From Eledone cirrhosa (taxonomy: Eukaryota), in the NCBI GenBank assembly GCA_964016885.1, contig OZ024747.1, forward strand, positions 62,806,001-62,870,000: 64,000 bases of DNA. The letters run 5' to 3'. The notes beneath the pieces are model-generated. The model worked only from the letters and a program-made list of their open reading frames with translations. It did not search any database and was not told the DNA's origin. The number at the start of each line of letters is the position of its first letter. Position 1 is the stretch's first letter. This document shows positions 20,881-33,828 of this stretch, piece by piece. A program made the position numbers and the translations under genes.

Positions 20881-22349
20881 TTGTTAATTTATCGTGATAT
20901 ATATATAGGTATATAAATATACCTATATATATATGTGTGTGTGTGTGTATATATATATATGTATATAAATAGGGAGGCACAAAGCAGGCTTTGTTTACAA
21001 ATGGCCAGCGAATTTCAAAAATTAGGTAGTAACACGTGCTTACACTGTATTTTACTAAATAGAATTAATCTGTTAGTTGGGACATCTGATTTTAAAAAAG
21101 CCTCTAAATGGAAAAATCTTGTAGATTCAATATTATGTAAGATAAAGCCTTTACCACAAAAATACATTAGTAGAGTAATATAAATGCTAAAGGGTTAAGG
21201 TATGTCTGTGGAATACTCCAATATCTTGAACAGTAATTTGAATAAGTTAGTCAGTTCAGTTGTGAGTAGATCAAAATATAAATACATACATATGTAGATA
21301 CATAAGTTATAAACACATCATATTGTATTAACTAAATATTTGAATTTGATGATGATTATGATAATAAAGATGATGATGATGATAGAAAGAAAATAACTAA
21401 TTATGAATATAATGGTGAAGACACATGCTCATAATATCAGAGCTGTGATCTCTCAATGGCTTGGAAATAAGAATATATGTGCCTGTACAACATGCAGTCA
21501 TTTATCTGTAATAAGCTGTTCTGTTGTTAGTTAATTGGGGCAATCATCTTGGAACTGATGGAGTCTCAATACACACTTAAACACATTCTTTTTATTTTCT
21601 TAATTCCTACCAATTTTTCTTTGCATTCTATTCATTTATTTCCCCACCCCATGTATTTTTTCAATTCATTATATTGCTGAAAAATCCCAGTCAATCATCT
21701 CAGATTATTAAGAATACTTATATATTGTACCAGAAAAGGAGAACATGGTGGATGATTGGCAGAATCTTGAGAACATTGTGATGTTTCTTCTCTCACTCTG
21801 CATGCAAATATCACCAAGTTCTCCTTTGACTTTTATTGTTTTGTGGCCAGTATATAGAGTATCAGTCAAACACTGTTTCCCTCCACCTGTCCACATTGTG
21901 TCATTTGAGTGAACATTAAAATGCATTTGTATTCTTAGAAAGGCTGATACCAAAGGATTATTTTATGGAATCGCTTTTGTTTATAAATCAAGTTATTTAT
22001 AGGGCAGATTTCATCCTTTGCTAAATCTGACATGTGCAACATTCCAAGCATTAAAAGATTTAGACGGATTATGTAGCGACAGAAAACTAAGACAGTGGAT
22101 ATCTTAAAACTGCTTATTTCAACAGCCAAAATTTATGACATCCATATGATATTCCTTTATGTAATTTTCACAAACACGTTAAGTAATCCAAAACAGTTCT
22201 GGCAGTAAGAAAATAATCAAAATAACTTTAGTTTATTCATTTTACTAAGAAAACTTACATGGATATGTAAGTTAAGTACTGACATTCTTATGTCTGCTGT
22301 GGGGTGTTTGATTTATTTATTATAAAATAGTGTAAAAACAACATTGTAT

Positions 22350-22590
22350 TCTTCTTCTTCTTCTTCACCTACTTATTCCTGAGGGGGGTCACGAGGGAAG
22401 AGTTCCCAGACCTTCCAGAGGGTCTTATCAAAAGCAATCATCTTCAAATAATCTGTGTGGATCCCTTGGTGAGACCAACTGAGTTTATGGATGTCATCCA
22501 ACTATCTTGCTCAGGGTCTACCTCTGGCTCTCCTGTTAGTTGCCATTACTCATAAAATCTGTCCAGTGATTCTTTCCTTAGACATTGTAA
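22350..22590 (-). mobile_element. RTE-like LINE 3' end
   Basis: (GAA)n tail on the minus strand; related fragments at about 34830-34995 (+) and about 54948-55065 (-). Confidence 0.6.
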
Positions 22591-23479
22591 ATGTTGAATA
22601 AACATATACACTGCCGTTGATGTTACTTAACCCCTTTCTTGCCATATTTCTAACAAAATACATTACCCAAATTTCAATTTATTTTGAAATATAAGGAACA
22701 ATTTGAAGGAATTTAGCTTAAACTGTTCATTATTAAGCTGATGCTTGGATAATAACAAAAGATTCTTATATAAATTCATGTTGAAAGGTTTAAAACTAAT
22801 TGTTTTTTTAAAAAATATAGTAATGTATGATTTTGAGGAAGATTTGGCTGGTATGTCTAGCAGTTCAAATGATCATGTTCAAGTTCCCAGAATAAATTCT
22901 GTTGTTGTGTGGAGTAAATGTAGAAAGGCAGATGAAGATGTGATGAAGATGATGGAAATAAAAAAGCAGAAGGAGAAAATGAAGTTGAAGAAAAAGAAAG
23001 AAAAAAAAGAAAGCAGAGATGAAGGAGGAGGGGGAGGAGAAAATGAAAGATGTAAAATATCAAAAGTGAGGAAAAGGGAAAAGAAATGTCAAACTAAGTG
23101 GAGTGAATATAAATTTAGATTCTGCATCGAAAGGTTTCTCTATATCACATTTTACTAATTCCATTTCTTTCTTGCATAAAACTTTCTAATTTGTCTTTCA
23201 TCTCCAAATAAATCCAGATTATCTGATGTTAAAACACTTCAACACTTCTATACACAACAAATACTTTACTTTTTATATTGTTTTATATTATATTATATGC
23301 ATTTATTCTGGCTCTTTATGTTCTGAGTTCAAATCTGCTGATGTCAAATTTGCCTTTCATCATTCTGCCATCAATAAGGTACCAGTTAACTATTGGTGCA
23401 CATAATTGATTGCCTCTTCCTCCACACAAATGATTGCTACTCTTGTGCCGAAATTAGAAAGAGTTATTATATACATTAG

Positions 23480-23697
23480 GGTGGTAGTTTGGCAGGATCG
23501 GTAGAGCATCAGACATTTTGTTTTGTAGCATTGAGTTATGGCCCTGTGTTCTGAGTTCAAATCCCACAGAGGTTAGCTTTGCTTTTCATCCTTACGAGGT
23601 CGATAAAATAAAGAATCAGTAATGCACTGGGGTTGATTTAATTGACTTTTCCCCCTCCCCCTAAAACTGTTGACCTCGTGCCTAAATCAGAAACAAA
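23480..23697 (+). mobile_element. tRNA-derived SINE, family A
   Basis: A-box-like tggcaggatcgg, B box gagttcaaatcc, core gcttttcatccttacgaggtcgataaaataaag. Confidence 0.8.
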
Positions 23698-24114
23698 TAT
23701 TTAGATTCCTCACAATACAAAATATTCCATTTTATAAGGGTTATTTCTGACTTAATAGACCTATAATTGAAAATATGATTTAGCAAAAAGCACCAGTAAT
23801 GCATTGGGGTTGATTCAATTGTTGCCCTTGTGCCTAGATCAGAAACCATTATATACATTTATTCTGTTCTTTATTGGTCTGAATTCAAATCTCACCGAGG
23901 TAAACTTTGCCTTTTGTCATTATAAGGTCAATAAAATAAAATACAATTTAAATGCTGGGGTCAAATTGCTGGCCTTGTGCCTCAATTAGGAACTATTATA
24001 TTACTTTGTTTTGTTTAATTGAATCTTTTTATGATTTTACTAAAGAAATTTTAGTGTATGTCATGGTTAGACTTGTCAGACACCAATTCTTGTCTATAAC
24101 TCTATTGTTATATC

Positions 24115-24448
24115 AAGGCCCCCAGCGGTCACCAATGACCATGGTTTTGCACATAGAAAGTTTCCCTCTGATGCACAAGCCTGGGCAAGGTTGTTTGTGG
24201 AAGACTAGCAGTCACTCATGCATACCAGCCCCTCCCCCCCTCTCCACGCCACGGATGTTGTCCGAGAGAAAGGCAATGGATGATACAGTGTGGCACCAGT
24301 GATGCCGCAAGTCATTTCTACAGCTGAGTTAATCGGAGCAACGTGAAATAAAGTGTCTTGTTCAAGGACACAATGCATTGCCCAGTGCGAGAATAAAACT
24401 CACAACCTCTCATTTGCAAGTCCAACTCTCTAACCACTAAGCCTTCAC
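24115..24448 (-). mobile_element. tRNA-derived SINE, family B
   Basis: Reverse-complement homologue of 40995-41323. Confidence 0.75.
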
Positions 24449-24679
24449 ATTGTTATAAACATGATAGACAATAATGGGTATGTCTGTGTGTATATGTGTG
24501 TAGGAATAAAGTTCATTGTGGGTATTAGCTACATAGTGTCATTTTCACAAAGACACAACAGATTGAACCTTGAGCTGATCAATAGCGAAATGCGCGCCAC
24601 CAATCAATAAATGTAATGAAGGCTTAACAAATCGTCCTTGTATTATTATTATTATATATATATATATATATATATATAT

Positions 24680-24980
24680 CATCATCATCATCATCATCAA
24701 CGTTTAACGTCCGTGTTCCACGCTTGCATGGGTTTGGACGGGGGTAGTCCCACTTGAGGCAAGAGTGATTGTCTTGCTCGCATAGGACTGTCTGGCAGGT
24801 TTTCTACAGTTGGATGCCCTTCCTAACACCAACCACATTTACAGTGTGGGTCTGGGAGGTTTTTACCGTGTTGCCTACACGGCCACATTACAGCGTGGAC
24901 TGTGTGTTTTTTTGTCGTGACACCTACACGATCTCATTTGTTTCGGCCCGGATGGCGCGGCACCAACATAACTTTACATA
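24680..24980 (-). mobile_element. SINE/RTE-tail repeat (family C) with (ATG)n tail
   Basis: (catcat)n..tttaacgtcc..ctacagttggatgcccttcctaacacc; related copies at about 46370-46660, 48795-48985, 52545-52860, 57390-57660 and 60277-60435. Confidence 0.7.
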
Positions 24981-25164
24981 GGACGGGGTGGTGTGGATGG
25001 GGTGGGGGTGGTGGTGGTGGGACGGGGTGTATTTTGTTAGAGATGCCTACTGGCAAGGCGGGTCTTCTCTGTTACTGAGTACCGCCAAAGGTCTCGGTCC
25101 AGTGACATTTATATATATATATACGTTATTCCGGGTTGAATACCATACTTATTTTTTGATACCC

Positions 25165-25215
25165 AGATTCTTGATGATTTCTAAAGAATGAAACAGTTCT
25201 AGTCCTGTAGAATCT
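25165..25215 (+). ncRNA. Type I hammerhead-like motif (C3U variant)
   Basis: AGATTC-TTGATGA-T-TTC(TAAA)GAA-T-GAAA-CAG..CTG-TA-GAATCT; all three stems pair. Confidence 0.55.
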
Positions 25216-25228
25216 CATCTATATTAAA

Positions 25229-25273
<45 letters not shown>

Positions 25274-25352
25274 AGAAGGTGAGTAATATTGTAGAACAAT
25301 AAAATTATGCATATATCAGATAAGTAGCACTCAACAGTTGGTAGAACTGGAG

Positions 25353-25685
25353 TATATATAATAAAGAAGAAATTAAAAGATGGTTAAAAGAGTTCCATAT
25401 ATTTTATTATGCGCATTTCGAATACAAAATCATCCTGGGACAAACATTGTGTTCTCATCAGATAAAATAAGGTAACATGATATGAGGCATAATAGCACTT
25501 GTTTACATATGTAGACTTAGCACTTTCCTGTAAACAAGTGCTATTATGCCTAATATCATGTTACCTTATTTTATCTGATGAGAACACAATTTTTGTCCCA
25601 GGATGTTTTTGTATTTGAAATGCGCATAATAAAATATATGGAGCTCTTTTAACCATCTTTTAATTTCTTCTTTATTATATATATA
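25353..25685. mobile_element. Fold-back element (arms about 155 bp) with a minimal hammerhead in each arm; Penelope-like pLTR pair
   Basis: TATTTTAT-CTGATGA-GAACACAA..TTGTATT(C/T)-GAAA-TGCGCA-TA-ATAAAATA at 25567-25636 (+) and 25400-25469 (-). Confidence 0.75.
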
Positions 25686-25693
25686 TATATATA

Positions 25694-26351
25694 CAGGGTG
25701 CGGACGATATTTATTCGCAATTGTCAACTGCTAATTTTATGCAAATTTTTTTTACTTCCGTTGTCACTCTTGTCTTCATAAAAACAGTGACTATATTTCC
25801 ATTATTTATTTTCAGAATAATTGATTATGAATAATTTTGAACCTCCAAATTTGTGGAAGAGACACGGAGTTCTTCTTGGAATCCGCGCCGGGAGGACAAA
25901 TAAGACCAGAAGATCAACTCCCAGAACAACAGGTGGCTCGCTGTCTCATCCAAAGACGTGCCCAGAGTCATGGAGACAAAGTTTCCAGCGACAACATTGG
26001 TCTTAGGTGTCGTCAGCAGTCAAGGTGATGTCATGCCACCTCACTTCTTCCCTGAGGGCCTCAAGCTGAACACCGACGGCTAGATCCGCGTTCTGAGCGA
26101 GATAGTAAAGCCCTGGATCGACCAGGTAGCTGCAGGGGCCTAAGTCGGGGGACAGTGACGAAGGTCTGTAGCCGGTTCCGAGGCCACCTTGAGGCCGTCA
26201 TCAAAGCTAATTGCGCATTTATTGAGTGAGATCGAAAGAACAAGTCATGAAGACTAACTGACCCAAGTTTGATAAATATATCTTAAAAAATAAAACTACT
26301 GTTATTTTTTCCTAGACAGTAATCTTGCGAACAAATATCATCCGCACCCTG
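25694..26351 (+). mobile_element. Internally deleted Tc1/mariner-superfamily (maT-like) DNA transposon
   Basis: TIRs cagggtgcggacgatatttattcgcaa / ttgcgaacaaatatcatccgcaccctg with TA flanks; transposase remnant QNNRWL..TKFPA..LGVVSSQGDVMPPHFFPEGL and C-terminus RFRGHLEAVI. Confidence 0.85.
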
Positions 26352-26577
26352 TATATATAAATGAAAGGTAGAGTTAATAACTCATACTGAAACCCAGTAA
26401 TTAACAAGCTCAAAGTATAAATACTGAGCATTATAACAATAATATATGTAGTAATAAACACAATAAATCGTGTGTCTAATATTACGAGGGTTGAAGAACC
26501 ACATTTGTTTGAAATATTTAACCATGAAGCAGACAGAATGATAAAAATAAAATTAAATTATATCAATAACAATTACA

Positions 26578-26659
26578 TCTCTCGGACAGATTAGGGATTA
26601 ATCTGTTTCACCCTGAGTGTGTTTGTAACAGATAATCCACGGGCATCATCAGCGAGAGA
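26578..26659 (-). ncRNA. Type I hammerhead ribozyme motif, complete core
   Basis: Minus strand reads TCTCTCG-CTGATGA-T-GCCC..GGGT-GAAA-CAGATTA(ATCCC)TAATCTG-TC-CGAGAGA; 7-bp stem I, stable stem III, GUC site. Confidence 0.8.
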
Positions 26660-26726
26660 ATCTGATTAAATGTGACAAACACCTAATACTAACGTTCACA
26701 CAGAAAAATGAATTCTTCACCTCGTG

Positions 26727-26768
<42 letters not shown>

Positions 26769-27189
26769 TCCTCTTTATATGTTGGGATGTATATATATAT
26801 ATCTATATATACATATATCTATATAGATAGATAGATAGATACATGCAAACATAAAGAGGGGACAGTATGAGAGAGAATGATATTATGAGAAAGACAGTGT
26901 GATTTCAATCTACGCTTTGATGAGAGGAAAATGGAGGCAATTATTACCATTTTTACCAGGAATTTGTTTCTATTAATGTCATATATTGAAAATAGAATAG
27001 CAGAGAATTCTTTGAGTCTCTGAGTAGTTTTACCTCCTTCAGTGTTGTTGTCATTGTTGTGGAATTCACTTAAAAGTCAGATATTTTAGCAACCTTTTAG
27101 TTTAGTTATATTATATTGATTTCTCCACAATTGGTCGGCTGGAGCAGACACAAGAGCTGTTGGACGGTAGACAATAATAATAATAATGA

Positions 27190-27888
27190 CATCAATGAGG
27201 ATGATAATAAGGATGGCAGTGGTGTGGTGGTGGTGGTGATGATAATGAGGATGCTGATACTGGTTGGAATGATGAGGATGGCAATGGTGGTTGTGATGAT
27301 GATAATAAGGATGCTGATACTAGTGATGATGATGATGATGATGGCAGTGGTGGTGGTGGTGATGATAATAAGGATGCTGATACTGGTTGGAATGATGAGG
27401 ATGGCAATGGTGGTTGTGATGATGATAATAAGGATGCTGATACTAGTGATGATGATGATGATGATGGCAGTGGTGGTGGTGGTGATGATAATAAGGATGC
27501 TGATACTGGTTGGAATGATGAGGATGGCAATGGTGGTTGTGATGATGATAATAAGGATGCTGATACTAGTGATGATGATGATGATGATGGCAGTGGTGGT
27601 GGTGGTGATGATAATAAGGATGCTGATACTGGTTGGAATGATGAGGATGGCAATGGTGGTTGTGATGATGATAATAAGGATGCTGATACTAGTGATGATG
27701 ATGATGATGATGGCAGTGGTGGTGGTGGTGATGATAATAAGGATGCTGATACTGGTTGGAATGATGAGGATAGCAATGGTGGTTGTGATGATGATAATAA
27801 GGATGCTGATACTAGTGATGATGATGATGGCAGTGGTGGTGATGATAAGGATGCTGATACTGGTTGGAATGATGAGGATGATGATAAC
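27190..27888. repeat. 123-bp minisatellite (about 5.5 units) made of GAT/GGT triplets
   Basis: ggcagtgg recurs at 27343, 27466, 27589 and 27712; each unit is a dimer of subunits of about 60 bp. Confidence 0.92.
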
Positions 27889-29196
27889 ACAGTTTTGTAA
27901 ATCATTCATTAAAGCAAGCAGTTATTGTTATTATCAATAGCCATCTTTTCTAGACAAAAACGAGAAAAGAAATTATTTCAGCTTGCAGACAAAGATTGTA
28001 TACAATAGCACGATGTCAGGTGATGGGATCTCTGAAGAATTCTTATTAATAACCATTCCTGACATGGAATTTGGAGAGTAGATTATCTTTGTAATATAGT
28101 AGTATAGTTTTTGTTTCCTTTGATACCAAAAATACCTTACATGAATATATGATAGATATATGAATTCTTCATTCATTGAAATGAAAAATTGTGTATATCA
28201 TCATCATCATCATCATCATTATTATCAATATATGAAATGTTCATCATTTATCGTCTGCTTTCCATAATAGCAATAAACATGTGTGTGTATGTTTCGTAAA
28301 ATTGTTCCTGATTGCATTGGAAAGGAGCCCCACAAGGTTGGGTGGGTGTTGCAGCCGGTGTCGCTGGCCATTGTCCGCAGAAATGCTTTTGTGGTCTTGT
28401 CCACAGCCCCAACTCCATTGCACCCTAGGCCCAGAGCCCATCACCCTCCCCCTTCCCCCTCTTCTGTGACCCCAGAGCCCTTTTCCTTCCCTTCCCTTCA
28501 TTTTCCATTTTTTTTATATCTGTAGTGCTGTTATTTGAAATAGATTTGTTTATGGATTTTTTAATTTTTATAAATAAAACGTTAATGGATTAGACCATTT
28601 TTAAAAAAAGGGATTATTGAAATTATTCTCAAACACGTACACAAAGTCCAGCTAGAAAACCTTACTCAAATAACAGAAATCTCTTCTAATTTATCAAAAT
28701 CTATTTTAGATTAATTTTCACATTGTACTCCTACCCAAGGCAACCAGGGTGTATCAAGTGGCTCTATTTTTACCTCTATTTCAAGACCACATGCTTTTCC
28801 TCTGACAAGGTAGCCATCATGTTTTGCATCAAAGAAAATGTCATTTTTGATCACATCATTGATCACAAGATATCGATATCTGGATGTCATATTAGCAAAC
28901 TAACTCTAACTTGGTAGACATGTCATCTCATAACATTACTCAGCTCAGACTGAAGATACTGAAGTAGCTCACATGTTAAATTAGCATCAGTTATTGTTTG
29001 TGCCCATTAACTTAGAAGTTAAAAAAATAGAGATCAATAAAATAGTTAGCAAATTTGAGAAATAAATAGTAAAATCCTTCAAGGCAATGCTGCAGTAAAA
29101 TAGCTGAAACCAATAATGAAAGATATAAAAATTCCAGAAGTCATTGTTCCAAACAACATCAGTTGTAAATCCATGACACTTTCATGTAGTCACTAT

Positions 29197-29362
29197 AATT
29201 GTTTCTACTTTTGGCACAAGGCCAGCAATTACCCAGTGTATTACTGGTACTTTATTTTATCGACCCTGTAAGGATGAAAGGCAAAGTTAACCTCAGCGGG
29301 TTTGAACTCAGACCACAAAGCATGGCATCCGACCCTCTACCGATACTACCAATCCACCGCCC
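29197..29362 (-). mobile_element. tRNA-derived SINE, family A
   Basis: Matches the reverse complement of 59710-59897 with an internal deletion. Confidence 0.8.
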
Positions 29363-29609
29363 TTTAGTCACTATAGTAGCCACTATAGTATAGTCACTAT
29401 AATGAAAGATACACTTAGAGTGAAAATGCAACTTTTCTTTCTCCAGATGTGTGTGTGTGTGCTAACTATTTGATAAGCGGGTATTGTCCTGATTTCTCTC
29501 ATATACACATATATACACCAGATCTGAACACAAAAGAACCAAACTCCCACTGTCAATGCCTCCATATCTCCCACTCTCCCCATCTCTCACTATTGGGAGC
29601 AAATGTTGG

Positions 29610-29790
29610 CCTACACACTGGCTGTCCAGCAGACCTGGTGGACAAAATAGAGAAGGTGTTTCCCTGGCGAATGGTGAGGGAGACGTGCTGGAAGAGCCAT
29701 TTCATGTCACGAAACTCACACCTGCAGGTAGCCAACTCTATGCCGATGGTGGTAATTAGGGAGGTGATCCTAGGGCCATGATTGGACAAA
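29610..29790 (-). mobile_element. CRE-like non-LTR retrotransposon 3' fragment
   Basis: WLFQHVSLTIRQGNTFSI is homologous to WLFQRVSLAILRENGFSI at about 32080-32135. Confidence 0.7.
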
Positions 29791-29794
29791 GGCA

Positions 29795-30117
29795 AAAACC
29801 CCCTTCAGTCATGAATGTCCATGGGATTTGCACCTAGAAAGTTCCCCTCTGAAGCACAAGTTCAGGCAAGGTTTGTTTGTCGAAGACCAATAATCACCCA
29901 AGGCCCAGTCTCCCCTTTTCATACCACCAATGTTGTCCAAGGGAAATGCGAAAGCCAATGCAGCTTGGCACCAGGTCCACTGAAAGTCATTTCTACAGCT
30001 GAGTGAACTGGAGCAACGTGAGAGTGTCTTGCTCAAGAACACAATGCAAAACCCAGTCCGAGAATTGAACTAACACCCTCATGATTGTAAGCCTGATGCT
30101 CTAACCACTAAGCCATG
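29795..30117 (-). mobile_element. tRNA-derived SINE, family B
   Basis: Homologous to 40995-41323; tRNA-like head ctctaaccactaagccatg. Confidence 0.8.
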
Positions 30118-30442
30118 TCAAGAGAAATGATTGGGCATTTCTCTACAAAACAACATTGTTCCAGCATTCTAGAAAAAAGAGATTAATTAGTATAAATTTA
30201 TTATTTGTATTAATTATATACATTAAAATAGGGTGCTGAGAATCTATAACACTTTCTCTATTTCTGTATTATAATTCAATATATGAATAAATGATAAATT
30301 ATTCTTGTGGTACTTGTGACGGTTGTGGTTGTTGGTGTTGTTATTGTTGTTGGTGTCAGTGTCATTATTACTACCGTGGTTTGTTTAGTGGTATTGTTCT
30401 TGGTAATGATGTGGCTGTTGGTGTCAGTGTCATTATTACTGT

Positions 30443-30628
30443 TGGATTGGCAATATCGGTAGAGGGTCGGACGCCATGCTTTCCAGCATAGAGTTACGGC
30501 CTTTGCCATTCTGAGTTCAAATTCCGCTGAGGTTAACTTTGCCTTTCATCCTTACGGGGTTGATAAAATAAAGCACCAGTAATACACTGGGTAATTGCTG
30601 GCCTTGTGCCAAATGTAGAAACAATTAT
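30443..30628 (+). mobile_element. tRNA-derived SINE, family A, within GTT/GGT/GAT simple repeats (about 30310-30930)
   Basis: ggattggcaatatcggtagag..gagttcaaattcc..gcctttcatccttacggggttgataaaataaagcaccag. Confidence 0.85.
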
Positions 30629-31694
30629 TACTACCGTGGTTTGTTTTGTGGTGATGTTGTTGGTGGTGATGATGATGATGATGTTGGTGGTGATGATGTT
30701 GGTGGTGGTGGTGATGTTGTTGGTGGTGGTGATGTTGTTGGTGGTGGTGATGTTGGTGCTGTTGTTGTTGGTGGTGATGTTATTGATGATGTTGGTGGTG
30801 ATGTTGGTGTCAGTGTCATCGTTATTATTACTGTGGTTTGTTTTGTGTTTGTTGGTGTTGTTGTTGTTGGTGGTGGTGTTGCTGTAAGTCTTAGTGTCGT
30901 TGTTACTGTGATGTCATTATTGTTGTTGTTCTCATCCTTCTCTTTTGTCATGCTAATTAGATGTTTTCCATTAACATTAAAACCTCACTAAAATATATTC
31001 TAACACACACACACACACATACCAACATATAATTAATCACACACACATGCCAACATATAATCTATTACACACACAAATGCTGACATATTCTACCACACAC
31101 ACAAATGCCAACACATTCTATCACACATACACTCACACGCCAACATAATCTACCACACACACACGCATACATTCACGCCAACATGTAATCTATCATACAC
31201 ACACATCAACATATAATCTATCATGCACACACACACACACACACACCAACATATAATCTATCATGCAGACATTCACACACACACACACTGACACATACAC
31301 AGGCACACACACCAGCATATAATCTATCATGCACACACACATCTACATATAATCTATCATGCAGACACTCACACATGCACACTGACACATACACACACAC
31401 ACATACCAACATATGATCTATCATGTAGACACACACACATGCACACTGTAACACACATGCACACATCAACATATAATCTATCATGCAGACACACACACAC
31501 ACCAACATACACTTCTGTAATAATCTACTGTAGAAACCTTACTTTGTAGTCCAACAAAGAGACAATAAATCACAAAGAACAAGATTTAGGAAAATAAAGT
31601 AAAAAAAAAACTGTAGTAAATTATTTGTATTGTCTGTGGATGTATCATTACATACATTAATAGTTGTTTCTACTATTGGCAGCAATTACATACA

Positions 31695-32155
31695 TTAATA
31701 GTACGAGGTCATTAAGCATGGCTTGGACGCTGCAGGCTTCCCTTCCCAGCTCGAGCCGGTAGGGCTGGATTGAGGGGACGGCAAAAGGCCAGATGGCATG
31801 ACCATCTTCCCGTTCCGCGGTGGCAAACCCCTCGTCTGGGATGCCACTTGCACCGACACTTTTTGCAGCCGCAACCTGGTGCAGTCTATGACTGACCCAG
31901 GTTCTGCTGCACGTCGGGCTGAGGGGGCCAAACTTCTCAAATACTGGTCGCTCTCCGACAGGTTTGCAGTCGTTCCCTTGGCAGTGGAGACTTCTGGTGT
32001 CCTCGGCCACAGGGCTACCTCCTTACTCACCACCATAGGCGCTGAGCAGGCCAGCCATAGGTGTGAGCCCCGCGAGCTTGAGTGGCTTTTCCAGCGCGTC
32101 TCCCTTGCCATCCTCCGGGAAAACGGCTTCTCCATTCCGTCTGCCGGGGCTGTGG
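31695..32155 (+). mobile_element. CRE-like non-LTR retrotransposon remnant, restriction-like endonuclease domain
   Basis: DGKRPDGMTIFPFRGGKPLVWDATCTDT (PD..D motif) ..VPLAVETSGVLG..LFQRVSLAI; in-frame stop just upstream. Confidence 0.8.
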
Positions 32156-32359
32156 GTGGGCCCCATCGCGTACCAATACATTAGTTAAATACCATTCTTT
32201 CATCTGATATATCTCTAAATTATATTTTGTACAATATACACTAAATTTATACCATAAAAAAAAATAGTACTACAGTAGTGTGTTTAATTATTATCCAGCC
32301 TATTTATGTGTGTGTGTGTGTGCGTGTGTGTATATATATATATAAACATTAATCAGTAT

Positions 32360-32665
32360 ACACTGAGGATGAAGAACTCAGAGCTGTATGGGAGCCTCCC
32401 AAAAGTCAGCTCATGAGTAGCAGAGGAGACTGAGATTAGCTGGACATGCTCACCGACATCCAGAGTTGACATTGCACTCAGTGCTACTTTGGGAGCCCCT
32501 GCATGAACACACTAGAAGAGGGAGACCGAGGTTGACATATGTTGATGCCCTATGAACAGACACTGGTCTCTTGGAGACGCAGGACATGGCAGTGATGATG
32601 AAGGACAGAGACCGCTGGAGAGAACTCATCCATGGATCTCATGAATTTTACCCGCCCTAGATAGA
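32360..32665 (+). mobile_element. RTE-clade LINE 3' remnant
   Basis: Translates as LYGSLPKVS..ERRLRLAGH..RHPE..VLLWEP..RRGRPRLTYVD with stops. Confidence 0.75.
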
Positions 32666-33329
32666 TAAACATTGATGTGATTCAATTCAAGAACTCAACG
32701 GGCTTTTTCCACACAGGAGTGAGGGAGTATTTATAGAATAAGAAAATACAAAGTTTAGATCAGGGTTTCTCAACCCTTTTGTCAGCCAGCACCCCCTTTG
32801 GGCACAAACTTTTTGTCAACGGCCTCTCACTCTCCTGTCAATTTAAATTTCAAATAAGATACTGAATTCATCTTACTCAGAAAGATGACACTTAGGTATT
32901 AGTGCAAAAGTAATTTTAATATGTCTTAATTTTCCAAAGCCCCAAAAAGTGTTTTTAGCTGAGGTGTAATTTTATAATTAAAACAAATTCAAAATTAAAA
33001 TTTTGGAAGATAAGACATACCAAGTTATCTGGTGTATGGTCGCAGTTCAAATGGGTGCAAAACCTAAAACAAATTGTGTGTGTGTATGTGTGCGTGCGCA
33101 TGTGTGGTTGGGCCTTTAATTGCTGGGGATCAAGTTAAGTTCAGTCACAGAAAGGAATTCAAAACAGCAACACACTCACATACACGCAGTCATACATACA
33201 AACATATCCATACATACACACACACATATATCAGCCACTCCCAAAAGCCAGTTTCATCCAAAATTCTGACCACCATTCTATATAAGGGGTCTTGTACTGC
33301 CTTGCAAAATTTCTCTTGGCGGGCCTGAA

Positions 33330-33545
33330 CACAGAAGAGTGAATGTAATTGTAAATACACTTTCAACAAATCCATTTGTACACAGAAAAAGAGCTTATAA
33401 TTATGTTTCAGAGATAAGTGTTTTCTCGTCAGAAGATAAAACTACCTTTATGATTCTGCCTACAGAGGGGCCTTGATAGCATCGCTATCGGTGACAAATA
33501 GAGTATGAAACATAATTGAAATGATCAGTTAAATTTGAATGAGGT
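33330..33545. repeat. Unclassified dispersed repeat (second copy at about 39150-39362)
   Basis: Shared tccatttgtacacagaaaa..ggtgacaaata.agtatgaaacataattgaaatgatcagttaaatttg. Confidence 0.75.
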
Positions 33546-33828
33546 GACCTGACTAATTGCTTCATTTTTATGCCAATCACTGTCAAAACACTTGATTTTC
33601 TGGGTTGCCAAACAGCTAATTTTCTTCACAAAATTATAAGTACTTCCCACCTGAAGAAGGAGCTATGTGCAATGGAGTGGCTGATACAGTGAGTGTCACT
33701 AGCTTTTCTCCATGGAAATGACTTTACTATTTTGTCCATGAGGGTGTATCTGAAATATATCGCCTACACTGGAGTGTAGAGTCTGCTCCCCCCCCCCTCA
33801 TCTCCCTTACTTTCCATATTTAATTTAA

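Noticed and set aside
21708-22129. Possible host exons (also AG..GT-bounded segments near 48128-48168, 48308-48430 and 48623-48651)
   Set aside because: No recognisable protein similarity or consistent reading frame; would need RNA-seq.
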